The notes under the pieces: model-generated
What the model saw: the letters and a program-made list of their open reading frames with translations, nothing else
The model's database searches: none
What the model was told of the DNA's origin: nothing
Assembly: GCA_010909165.1 (NCBI GenBank)
Contig: MU008174.1
Coordinates: 124,001 to 188,000, forward strand
DNA: 64,000 nt
Direction of reading: 5' to 3'
Source: Anthoceros angustus
Lineage: Eukaryota > Plantae > Anthocerotophyta
In this document: positions 35,999-45,498 of the stretch, piece after piece
Position numbering within the stretch: the stretch's first letter is position 1
How the letters are laid out: each line of letters starts with the position of its first letter
Made by a program: the position numbers and the translations under genes

Positions 35999-36311
35999 GC
36001 TCCCTCGGGAAACTGCAAGCTGCTCTCAGCCTCCTCCTCCCTTGCTCCGAATCCGGTCTCCCGACCACAGGCTTCTCTTCTCAGGCCCTTCTCCTCCTCT
36101 CGCGCCCGCTCTGAGCTGCCAACCCCTCCGGCCCACACCGCGATTCTTGCGCTGCCTCTCCTCCCGCCTAGACCAGCCTCGACCAGCCTCGCCTACGGCA
36201 TCTTGCATCCACGGCCGTGAGCTCGGCAGCTCGCCCTGGTTTCGTTTGGCAATCCGCTCACCTGCTGCTCGCCTGCTGCTCGCTCGCGAGGTGAGAAACT
36301 TCTGGTGACGC

Positions 36312-36338
36312 TGCTACTGCTGCTGCTGCTGCTGCTGC
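36312..36338. repeat. (CTG)n microsatellite
   Basis: ctgctactgctgctgctgctgctgctg. Confidence 0.8.
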
Positions 36339-36819
36339 CGCCCAATTCGGTGAATGCCGCCGACATGTCGCATTACAGCATTACTGCGAGAACTCGTAAC
36401 TCAACGTCTCTCTTAATACACCCAAGCAAATTAGTATGGCCCATACACAAACGGGCATACGTACCTAGTCTATGTATGATATGCTACATAGCCCTTGCCT
36501 TGGAGGAGCAAGTTTTAACGCCCCACCAGGGTGTGGAGCATTGGAAACATTCCCCAAATGCCCGTTACTGGTTGTCTCTCCACCTCTCCCTTGGAGGCCC
36601 CTTAGATTAAGTGGAATATAAATTACTTGGTATTCACGATTAAAAAAATTTGGGTAGGCTGACGGTCATATCATGTGATTAGCATTACGAACATGGAATG
36701 TATAGAGTAGGTCATATTGGGGTTGTGTAAGTCTAAGAAGGTTAAGTAATTAATGTACTAGGCACGGATCACTTGTCATCGTACTCCCTATATCTAGCGT
36801 AGCAAGATCGATTATGCGT

Positions 36820-38260
36820 CCTTATATTGGCCTCAAGGAGTCCTCTCTCGCAAGTAGAGTTCTTCCGTATTTTTGTGTTGGGGCACGTCGTATGCCCTTT
36901 AGGGGCACGTCGAATGGACTTGAGGTAAGTCCTTCCGCACAAGACCACTCATACAACAGTACTAATATGGAGTCCTTATGTTGGGCGCTGGACTGCCTAG
37001 AGGAGACTTCTTCTTCGTCCTTGTGTGTGTCTCGAGACGTGTAAATTCTTCTACACAAGGCCACTCATATGGTAGTACTTGTGAGTCGTATGGAGTCCTT
37101 ATGTGGAGCGTTGGATCACTCGAAAAGAATTCTTCCGCACAAGATGAGTCATACAATAGTACATAATCGCAAGTTGGTAGGAGTCCTTATGTTGAGCACT
37201 GGCCTTCCTCAAGGAGAGTTCTTGCACGTCCTTGTGTTGGGCGTGCCAAACTCCCTCGGGAAGAACTATGACTATCCCCTGTAAACATGCGCTCACCTTC
37301 TATGATCTTGTAAGTAGGGACCTTAAATTCAACAAGCATCACAAGAGACATCCTATATGTCAAATAATGTGGGGGGCTTCTTGGTGGTCACCTTCTCCGC
37401 TGTCCTGTAAGCCCACAAAGCCGAATACAACTTGGTGTCCCAATCATACATGTGAGTCGCAGTTACCTTGGTCAAGATTGTACACAACAAACCATTCGTC
37501 CTCCCAGTAAGGCCATTTGCCTAAGGATTGTAGGGAGTTGTCTTTTGATGTCGAATATTGAAGTAAGTGGTGAGAGCTTTGATGGCTGAGTTCAAAAAAT
37601 GAGTCCCCCTGTCGCTAACCAACTCCATTGGACATCCATATCGTGTGATGATCTTCTCAAAGAGAAACCTTGCCATTGTTGGTGCATCATCCTTATTCGT
37701 TGCCTCAACCTCAAGCATCTTCGTACAATAATTTGTAGCTACCAAAATGTACTGCTTACTTGTCCACAGTGTAGGAGGCTTAATCGGCCCCATAAAATCA
37801 ACACCCCACTTCTCAAAAGGTGCCAAAGGTAGAATATAGGTGAGAGGCCACTGTGTCGACAAAGTTGCCTCCCTACCTGCTGGGACATATCACACCTTCG
37901 ACACCTTCGAATATACCCCCAAACATCCCTCTTCATCGTTGCCTACCAAAAGCCTGCCGCGAGAATCTTCTTCATTGTAACGTGCACAGAATAGTGGCCT
38001 CCAACTTCCTTCTCTTCTAATCCAACTTCCTTCTCTTCCAAACAACAACGAATCCTCTCATCCGCCCCAAGCTTCCACAAAATCCCATTTCTTAAACAAT
38101 AAGGTGCAACCTTGTGGAGAAAGAAAGCACGCCCCAGCCCAAGCTTCCACAAAACCCCATTTCTTAAACAATAAGGTGCAACCTTGTGGAGAAAGAACCT
38201 TGTGGAGAAAGAGAGGACGCCCCTCCCCGAACAAACCAATGGCGTTATGTCGTGCTTCAT
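36820..38260 (-). mobile_element. Ty3/gypsy remnant: integrase (37290-38260) plus repetitive 3' internal region
   Basis: GGHYS...ILAAGFW zinc-binding region, PFEKWGVDFMGP, ELVSDRGTHF and TTPYNP*ANG, with stops and local duplications. gagtccttatg repeats at 36820-37270. Confidence 0.85.
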
Positions 38261-38595
38261 ATTTTCACTTCACAATCCGACATCACAATTCCACTTCACA
38301 ATCCATCTTTACATTTCATTTTGAGAAGGTCGACAACAAGTATCAACCTTGGGAGATTCCAAATATTACATCGGCTATATGTCTTGATAATCCATACAGC
38401 ACGCACCCAAGAGGATACGTGTGGCATAAATAGCCAACCGACCCTTTTAACTTGCCTAGGCATACATTGCGTTTTTATATAGCCAGTGGAAGCAGACCTA
38501 AGTTTCGCTAGCGATATGGCTTATATCCGCCGCTGGAGAAGTTCCATGGACGAGGTTCTCATTCATTGTGCAAAATTACAGTAACATACCACACC

Positions 38596-41121
38596 ATGTT
38601 ATTGCCACGGGCCATGGATCTGGCGTTTTCGGGTGCGCTCTCCCCCACCCCCGACATGTTGTCACCCAAGCCAAGCTCTGCCTGGACGAACGCAGAGTGC
38701 GTGCTTGGCAACCGCAATGGCGGTCCAGAGAGCTCAGGAATGTGTGCTCCTCGAGGCGGCACTCCTTTCCAAAGAATGACGCGAAAAGAGCGGCAGGAGC
38801 GCTTGTGGAACGACTTCGTCTCGAATCCCTCTGACTGGTGGGACTACAGGGCGGGCAAGAAAAGCCCCAACCATCCGGACTTCAGGCACAAGATCTCCAA
38901 GGAGCCGCTGTGGATCGACCAGAACCAGAAGCCCGCCTGGTTGGACACGCAGCTGGCCGGGGCCTACGGCGCAGGAGCAGATGATGCAGATGAGAGTTTG
39001 ATGGTTGAAGCTCTGAGCAAGCAGTGCGAAGAAGCAGAGCTGAGTGAGGCGGTTGAAGCTTTAAGTCTCCTGGTGGAGCGGGGATGTCGTGTGGGCCGCA
39101 CTCTCTTTTATCGTGTTTTGAAGAGATGCATGGTGGACAGAGATGTTTCGTATGGCAGGCGGGTGCATCATCTCGCGCTTGTGAGCGGGCACGGATCCAA
39201 TGCCTTTCTGGCGAATCACATTATTGGGATGTATGCGTGTCATGGGAGGTTGGATGACGCAGCTCAGGCTTTCAGGAAAGTGGCTATGCCGAGTGTACAC
39301 ATGTGGTCTTCCATAATTCTGGCACATGCCAGGCACGGGCAGCCGGGGAAGGCCATGGAGTTTTATCGACAGATGCGGGGTTCTGGTGTGGAGGCAGATA
39401 GCCATATCTTCGTTGCAGCTCTCACGGCGTGTGCGTTTTCAGAGGACCTGGTGTCGGGAAAGGAGGTCCATGCTGATGTTAGGGCGAGTGCTGTGAAGGG
39501 TGACATTTTCGTAGGGAGCAGCCTGGTGAATATGTATGCGAAATGTGGCAGCTTGGGTGACGCTCGGAAGGTGTTTGACAGCTTGGCCAAGAGAAATGTG
39601 GTGACCTGGACTGCGATGATCGCCGGTTATAGTAAGCAGGGGCTCGGGCGAGAAGCTCTCGCTTTGTATGCAAGTATGGAACAGGAGGGCTTGAATGTAG
39701 GTGATCGTGTCACGTTCGTGTGCCTTCTTCAGGGATGTGCGAGTGTAGGAGCCCTGCAGCAGGGGAAGAAGCTCCATTCGCAGATTCGTGAAAGGGGCTT
39801 CGAAGGTGATGGATTGATCGGGAACAGCCTCGTGAACATGTATGCTAAGTGTGGGAGCTTTGAGGATGCTCGAAATGTGTTTGACAATGTGCCCAGAAAG
39901 GATGTGGTGACGTGGAATGCTATGATTGCGGGGTACTCTCAGCAAGGGCTAGGACGGGAAGCCCTGGCTCTGTATGAAAGAATGCAACAGGAGGGCATCA
40001 CTGTGGCTAATAATTTGACTTTTGTGGCCATTCTTCAAGCGTGTGCCAGTGTAGGAGCAATAGAGCAGGGGAAGCAGCTTCACTCACGGATACGTGCTGC
40101 TGGTCTTGAAGGCGATTTGTTCATCGGCAGCTCTTTGGTTGACATGTATGCAAAATGTGGTTTGTTAACGCATGCGAAAGATGTGTTTGCCAGCTTGCCC
40201 AGGAGGGATGCGGTGACGTGGAATGCCCTCCTGAATGGATATGCCGAACACAGTGATGGGCACAGTGCAATCCGGTGTTTTGAGGACATGGTACGACAAG
40301 GTGTTCAGCCAGACGAGACAACCTTTACCTGCCTTCTTGTGGCATGCAGTCATGCAGGTCTGGTGCATGAGGGCCAGCATTATTTCTCAAGGATGGTGGA
40401 AGACTATAAGATCGTTCCCACGGCTTATCACCATGGTTGCATGGTTGATCTTCTTGCCCGATCCGGCCAACTGGATGAAGCTGAACATTTGTTGCGAACC
40501 AGATCTGTGAATGATGTTGTGGGCTGGACAGCTTTGCTCAGTGCTTGCCAAACGCATAGTGATGTAGAGCGTGGGAGACGATGTTTTGAGCGTATTGTGA
40601 AATTAGAACCTGAGAGTGCAAGCTCATATGTAATGTTGGGGAATATCTATGCGAATTCAGGCAGGTGGGATGATGTGGATAGGATCGAAAATCTAAGAAA
40701 GTCAGCAGGTGCCTTGAAGAAGGCTGCAAAGGCATGCATTGAAGTGAAGAATGAGGTGCATGAGTTTACTGTCGGGGATGAGAGGTCTGACATCTCACCA
40801 AAGCTGAAAACGGTGAACATGAGGTTGAAGGATGAAGGAGGCCATGTTCCGCAAACACAGCTGGTGCTGAAGGCATTGTCTGAGCAAGAGAAGGAGGATG
40901 CTCTGTGTGGGCATGCGGAGAAACTGGCTTTGGCGTATGGTCTGCTGAACACGCCAGATGGCTCAACTTTGCTGGTCACGAAAAATCTCCGCATGTGCAA
41001 TGATTGCCACAGCAGCACAAAGGTTATGTCACGCCTTGAGAAGCGAGAGATCATAGTGAGAGATGCACATTGTGTGCATCGATTTGTAGAGGGGACTTGC
41101 TCATGTAGAGACCGGCTTTGA
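38596..41121 (+). CDS. Intronless PLS-class PPR-E1/E2-DYW:KP protein with N-terminal OSB-type PDF motif; C-terminus DRL (candidate organellar RNA-editing factor)
   Basis: P-L-S triplets (VVTWTAMIAGY / TFVCLLQGC / SLVNMYAKCG), E domain GWTALLSAC, HAEKLALAYGL, KNLRMCNDCH, ending CSCRDRL. First ATG is 38596; 38614 is an alternative. Confidence 0.93.
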   Translation: MLLPRAMDLAFSGALSPTPDMLSPKPSSAWTNAECVLGNRNGGPESSGMCAPRGGTPFQRMTRKERQERLWNDFVSNPSDWWDYRAGKKSPNHPDFRHKISKEPLWIDQNQKPAWLDTQLAGAYGAGADDADESLMVEALSKQCEEAELSEAVEALSLLVERGCRVGRTLFYRVLKRCMVDRDVSYGRRVHHLALVSGHGSNAFLANHIIGMYACHGRLDDAAQAFRKVAMPSVHMWSSIILAHARHGQPGKAMEFYRQMRGSGVEADSHIFVAALTACAFSEDLVSGKEVHADVRASAVKGDIFVGSSLVNMYAKCGSLGDARKVFDSLAKRNVVTWTAMIAGYSKQGLGREALALYASMEQEGLNVGDRVTFVCLLQGCASVGALQQGKKLHSQIRERGFEGDGLIGNSLVNMYAKCGSFEDARNVFDNVPRKDVVTWNAMIAGYSQQGLGREALALYERMQQEGITVANNLTFVAILQACASVGAIEQGKQLHSRIRAAGLEGDLFIGSSLVDMYAKCGLLTHAKDVFASLPRRDAVTWNALLNGYAEHSDGHSAIRCFEDMVRQGVQPDETTFTCLLVACSHAGLVHEGQHYFSRMVEDYKIVPTAYHHGCMVDLLARSGQLDEAEHLLRTRSVNDVVGWTALLSACQTHSDVERGRRCFERIVKLEPESASSYVMLGNIYANSGRWDDVDRIENLRKSAGALKKAAKACIEVKNEVHEFTVGDERSDISPKLKTVNMRLKDEGGHVPQTQLVLKALSEQEKEDALCGHAEKLALAYGLLNTPDGSTLLVTKNLRMCNDCHSSTKVMSRLEKREIIVRDAHCVHRFVEGTCSCRDRL

Positions 41122-41999
41122 CAGCTTTGGGGGAATGGAGGCATCTCGGTTGGCTTGATTAGGGCTTCGGCAGCATGGCGAGCTTGGTTTTGACTGTGCT
41201 ACTGAAGCGATTCTCTCTGATTCAGTTCGCCTTCTGTTGCGTCATGTATCTGTGACTCCGAACTTGTCTGCCGAGAACAAGGTTGGAGTGTGACACAAGG
41301 TTTTTGTGGTTTCTTCTGGCCATTTTATTTCCCGTGCTCTTGCTCTCCCACGTCTTCCATGGCACAAGGGATGGGCTTCCACAGCTCCAGTCCTCACTGG
41401 CCACATCAGTGGCTGTAAAGCCAGCGTGGGTGCTGGGAACTATCCGGGCATCTGCAACAACATTGAGGTGAGATCCTTTTCTCTAAGAGTGACTGACGAC
41501 CTGCGCAACAGGTTTGGCCAAAGGTTGTCCCTGACCAGTGTGTGATGCTTTATTTTCAGTTGTGAGAAGCATGCTACATTCATGGGCTGGAGTTCGGGAG
41601 AAAAAGGAGCAAGTACAATCAAGACCAGCGATCGTATTCCCATGCCAGGTGAACTGCCCCTGCACCACGGTGCACTTTTCTGGCATTTAGTGACGAGCAA
41701 GTTTTTCTCAGTTGACTTCTATGCTTGCAGGCTACCTGCTAGTTGACGTTGTACGCTGCTGAAAGTGGGGCAGCGGATTTTGCCAAATTGTTTGATTCAT
41801 ATCTGGTTTCTCCTGCAGCTGTAGATGGCTTCGTCTTCTTGGACATCCACTAATTCCGTCATCAGGGGCCTGGAATTGCTACCGTCGCCTTTTACTTCGT
41901 CGTTGTTGGGCAGTAGGTTGCAAAGTGGTGGCCATGGTGTTTTTAGTTTTGGTGTGGATCCTTACGATGTATTCGCAATCTGGACAGGGCAAGAATAGA

Positions 42000-44888
42000 T
42001 CAATGCCTGTCCCCACATGAACAGGATCCGTTCACAAATTTATGTACACGATGACCATCTCTTACTACAATTTCACGCTTCTCAAGGCCTGACATAATCT
42101 TGGTGCTGCTATGGCAGTCAGTGCACATACGAAGATTTTTGGTAACCACCAAAGTTGTGCCTTCCGGTGTGTTTAGCAGACCGTAGGCCAAAGCCAATTT
42201 TTCTGCATGTCCACATAACGCATCCTCCTTCTCCTCCTCAGTCACAGGCTTCAACACCAGCTGTGTTTGCGGTACATGGCCTCCTTCCTCCTTCAATCTC
42301 GAATTCACGCTCGTCAGCGTTGGGGAAATGTCAGACCTCTCTTCCCCTACTGTGAACTCATGCACCTCATTCTTCACTTCAATACATGCCTTAGCAGCCT
42401 TTTTCGTCGCACCAGCTGCCTTTCTTCGGAGTTCTATCCTATCTACATCATCCCACCTCCCTGCATTCGCATAGATGTTCCCCAACATCACGTATGGACT
42501 CGCACTTTCGGGTTTTAGTTTCACAAGATGGTCGAAACACCTTTCTCCGCGATCTACATCACCGTGGTTCTTGCAAGCACACAGCAAAGCTGTCCAACCC
42601 ACAACATCATTCAATGCCGTTGTTCGCAACAGATGTTCAGCCTCGTTCAATTGGCCTGACCGGCCAAGAAGATCAGCCATGCAACTATGGTGATATTCAC
42701 TGGGCACAATCCCATGGTCCTCGACCATCATCCTGAAATAACGTTGGCCCTCATTTACCAAGCCCATATGACCGCATGCCGCAAGGAGACATGTAAATGT
42801 GGTCTCATCTGGCTGAACACCTTGCTGCAGCATGTCTTCAAAGCAGCGGATCGCCATGTTACCATCACTATGTTCTGCATAGCCCTTGAGCATCGCCGTC
42901 CATGTCACCAAATTTTTTGAGGGCAATTCGTCAAAGACGTTACGGGCGTCTGCCAAACTCCCACATTTCGAGTACATGTCCACCAAGCAGCTGCTAATCA
43001 TTGTGTCACCTTCAAAACCTCTAGCACGTATCTGTGAGTGAATCTGCTTTCCTTGATCCAGCGCTCCTACACTGGCACATGCTTGAAGCATGCAGACAAA
43101 AGTCACCTGATCAGCCGGAGCAATGCCCTCATGCTGCATACTTGCATAAAGAGACAGAGCTTCCCTCCCGAGTCCCTTTTGAACATACCCTGCAATCATG
43201 GCATTCCAGGTACCCACATTCTTTCTAGGCACAGTGTCAAACACGTTGCGGGCATCCTCTAAGCTCCCGCATTTAGCATACATATTTACCAGGCTGCTTG
43301 GAATGGCAGCATTACTTTCAAGCCGCTGTTCCCGAATCTGCAAATGGAGCTCCTTCCCCTGCTGCAGGGATCCTACACTAGCACATGCCTGAAGAAGGCA
43401 CAAAAACGTAACACTATCAGCTGGACTAATGCCCTCATTTTGCATACTTGCATACAAGTCTAAAGCTTCTTGCCCAAGCCCCTTCTGACTATATGCTGCG
43501 ATCATGGAAGTCCATGTCACCACATCTCTCCTGGGCAAGCTGTCAAACACTTTCCGGGCTTCTTCCAACAAACCACATTTCGCATACATGTGGACCAATG
43601 CGCTACCAATAAACACGTCGCCATTGAGACCTCTATCACGCACTTTTAAGTGAAGCTGCTTTCCCTGCTGTAGGGCTCCTACATTTGCACATGCCTGAAT
43701 AAGGCGAACAAATATATAACTGTCAGCAGGAGTGATGCCCTCACGTTCCATGCTAGCATACAAGGCTAAGGCTTCTCGCCCATTCCCCTCCTGGCTATAT
43801 CCAGCAATCATGGCAGTCCAGGTCACCACGTCTCTCCGAGGCAAGCTGTCAAACACACTGCGAGCATCATCCACGCTGCCGCATTTTACATACATGTTCA
43901 CCAGGCTGCTGCCAACAAAGAAATCAGCCTTGGCAGCACTGGCCTGAATGTCAGCATGGACCTCCTTACCCAAATCCAGGTCCCCTGCAGAGGCACATGC
44001 CTTGAGAGCTGCTACGAAGATATGAGCGTCTGCCTTCACACCTGAACCTCGCATCTGTCGATAGAAGTTGATGGCCTGGATCGGCTGGCCGTGCCGAGCA
44101 TGCGCCAGAATGATGGAAGACCACATGTAAGCGTCAGGCATAGCCACATTCCTGAAGGCCTGCACTGCGTCCTCCAACTTGCCATGCCCAGCATACATTC
44201 CAATAATGTGATTAGCCAAGAATGCATGTGACCCAAACCCCTTTCTGAGGGCAAGAGCATGCACACGCCTTCCACAATCAAGATCCTTCCTTGCCATGCA
44301 CCTCTTCAGAACACGAAAGACAACCCCGCGGCCAATGTGACATCCCCTCTCCACCAGGATCTCCAACGCGTCAACAGCCTCACTCAGCTCTGCTTCCTCG
44401 CAACACTGGATCAGCACATCCTGTTCTGCATCATCCTTTCCCCTTATCGGCACATCCCGGCTGGCCAGCTCTAGACCGTTGCTGTCCCTATTTGCTGATC
44501 CTTCCTCACCATCACCAAGCCCCCTGGCCAGCTGCGAATCCACCCAGGCAGGCTTGTGGTAATTATCGAGCCACAGGGCCTCCTTGGAGGACTTGTTCCT
44601 GAAGTCAGGATGGCGGGAGCTTCTCTTCCCCGCCCTGTTGTCCCACCAGTCCGAGGGATTTGAGAAGAAGTGCTGCCACAAGATCTCCTGCCGCTCTCTC
44701 TGCGTCAATCCTTCGGTGGAAGAGGTGCCTGAGCAGGAAACTTCTCCATTTCCGCACTCCCTCGCTGCACCACCTGGGCTGTTGCCGAGCACAAACCCTC
44801 CAAACACCCGAGCAGAGCTTGGTTTGGCTGATAACAAGCTCGGACTATACGGGAGCGTTTTCAGCTGTGGAGGCTGCCGCATCGCCAT
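42000..44888 (-). CDS. Intronless PLS-class PPR-E1/E2-DYW:KP ('DRH') protein with N-terminal OSB-type PDF motif (candidate U-to-C editing factor)
   Basis: Ser/Pro/Arg-rich transit-peptide-like start, PDF motif, PLS triplets, HAEKLALAYGL, KNLRMCTDCH, ending CSCGDRH. Confidence 0.95.
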   Translation of the reverse strand: MAMRQPPQLKTLPYSPSLLSAKPSSARVFGGFVLGNSPGGAARECGNGEVSCSGTSSTEGLTQRERQEILWQHFFSNPSDWWDNRAGKRSSRHPDFRNKSSKEALWLDNYHKPAWVDSQLARGLGDGEEGSANRDSNGLELASRDVPIRGKDDAEQDVLIQCCEEAELSEAVDALEILVERGCHIGRGVVFRVLKRCMARKDLDCGRRVHALALRKGFGSHAFLANHIIGMYAGHGKLEDAVQAFRNVAMPDAYMWSSIILAHARHGQPIQAINFYRQMRGSGVKADAHIFVAALKACASAGDLDLGKEVHADIQASAAKADFFVGSSLVNMYVKCGSVDDARSVFDSLPRRDVVTWTAMIAGYSQEGNGREALALYASMEREGITPADSYIFVRLIQACANVGALQQGKQLHLKVRDRGLNGDVFIGSALVHMYAKCGLLEEARKVFDSLPRRDVVTWTSMIAAYSQKGLGQEALDLYASMQNEGISPADSVTFLCLLQACASVGSLQQGKELHLQIREQRLESNAAIPSSLVNMYAKCGSLEDARNVFDTVPRKNVGTWNAMIAGYVQKGLGREALSLYASMQHEGIAPADQVTFVCMLQACASVGALDQGKQIHSQIRARGFEGDTMISSCLVDMYSKCGSLADARNVFDELPSKNLVTWTAMLKGYAEHSDGNMAIRCFEDMLQQGVQPDETTFTCLLAACGHMGLVNEGQRYFRMMVEDHGIVPSEYHHSCMADLLGRSGQLNEAEHLLRTTALNDVVGWTALLCACKNHGDVDRGERCFDHLVKLKPESASPYVMLGNIYANAGRWDDVDRIELRRKAAGATKKAAKACIEVKNEVHEFTVGEERSDISPTLTSVNSRLKEEGGHVPQTQLVLKPVTEEEKEDALCGHAEKLALAYGLLNTPEGTTLVVTKNLRMCTDCHSSTKIMSGLEKREIVVRDGHRVHKFVNGSCSCGDRH

Positions 44889-45054
44889 GTGATCCTTCCT
44901 TCAAGCACAATCATGCACGCTGCTGAGTGACCTTAGCTCACCTGATTGTTGGGAGGCTGGTCTCTCTGCATCGAGTCACATCACGAGAATGACAAGTTGC
45001 TTCACTGCCCAGCGTTTCTCTGCATTTTTCTGCCCTTTGGATAGTGCCCATAGG

Positions 45055-45265
45055 ACGGGCTTCACGATCCACCACAACATAGGAGGGGAGGGTTCACGAT
45101 CCACCAAACTGGAAGAGCTTTACCATCCACCACGTTGGAAGGGAGTCACAATCCACAAAGTTTTGGACGTGTTTCACGACCCACCACCTTGTAAGAACTT
45201 CACGACCCACAACCTTGGAGGGGGTTCACGCCTCACCATCTTGGAAGGACTCCACGATCCATTCA
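45055..45265. repeat. Degenerate short repeat cluster in the PPR/BRCA2 divergent promoter
   Basis: ttcacgatccacca-like motif recurs ~7 times. Confidence 0.65.
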
Positions 45266-45498
45266 TCCCCGCACAGGTTAAACCGGAATTGTAGAGCTAC
45301 ATATGTACATAAAACACCTCCAAAATTGGATACACCTTCAAGCTGTCCGGCCAATAGGTAGGCGATTCCGTTCCCGACTTCACTCGAGCTTGAATCTATG
45401 TGAAAGGGCGGGAAACCTTAGAGCTCCAGGAGCCAGGCGAAATGTGTTTGTCCAGGAGAATTCTGCATGCTGAGGCGCTTGCCGGCCAGGAAGGAGCA

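Noticed and set aside
35157-36308. 383-aa plus-strand ORF
   Set aside because: Antisense shadow of the GC-rich NOT1 5' coding region.
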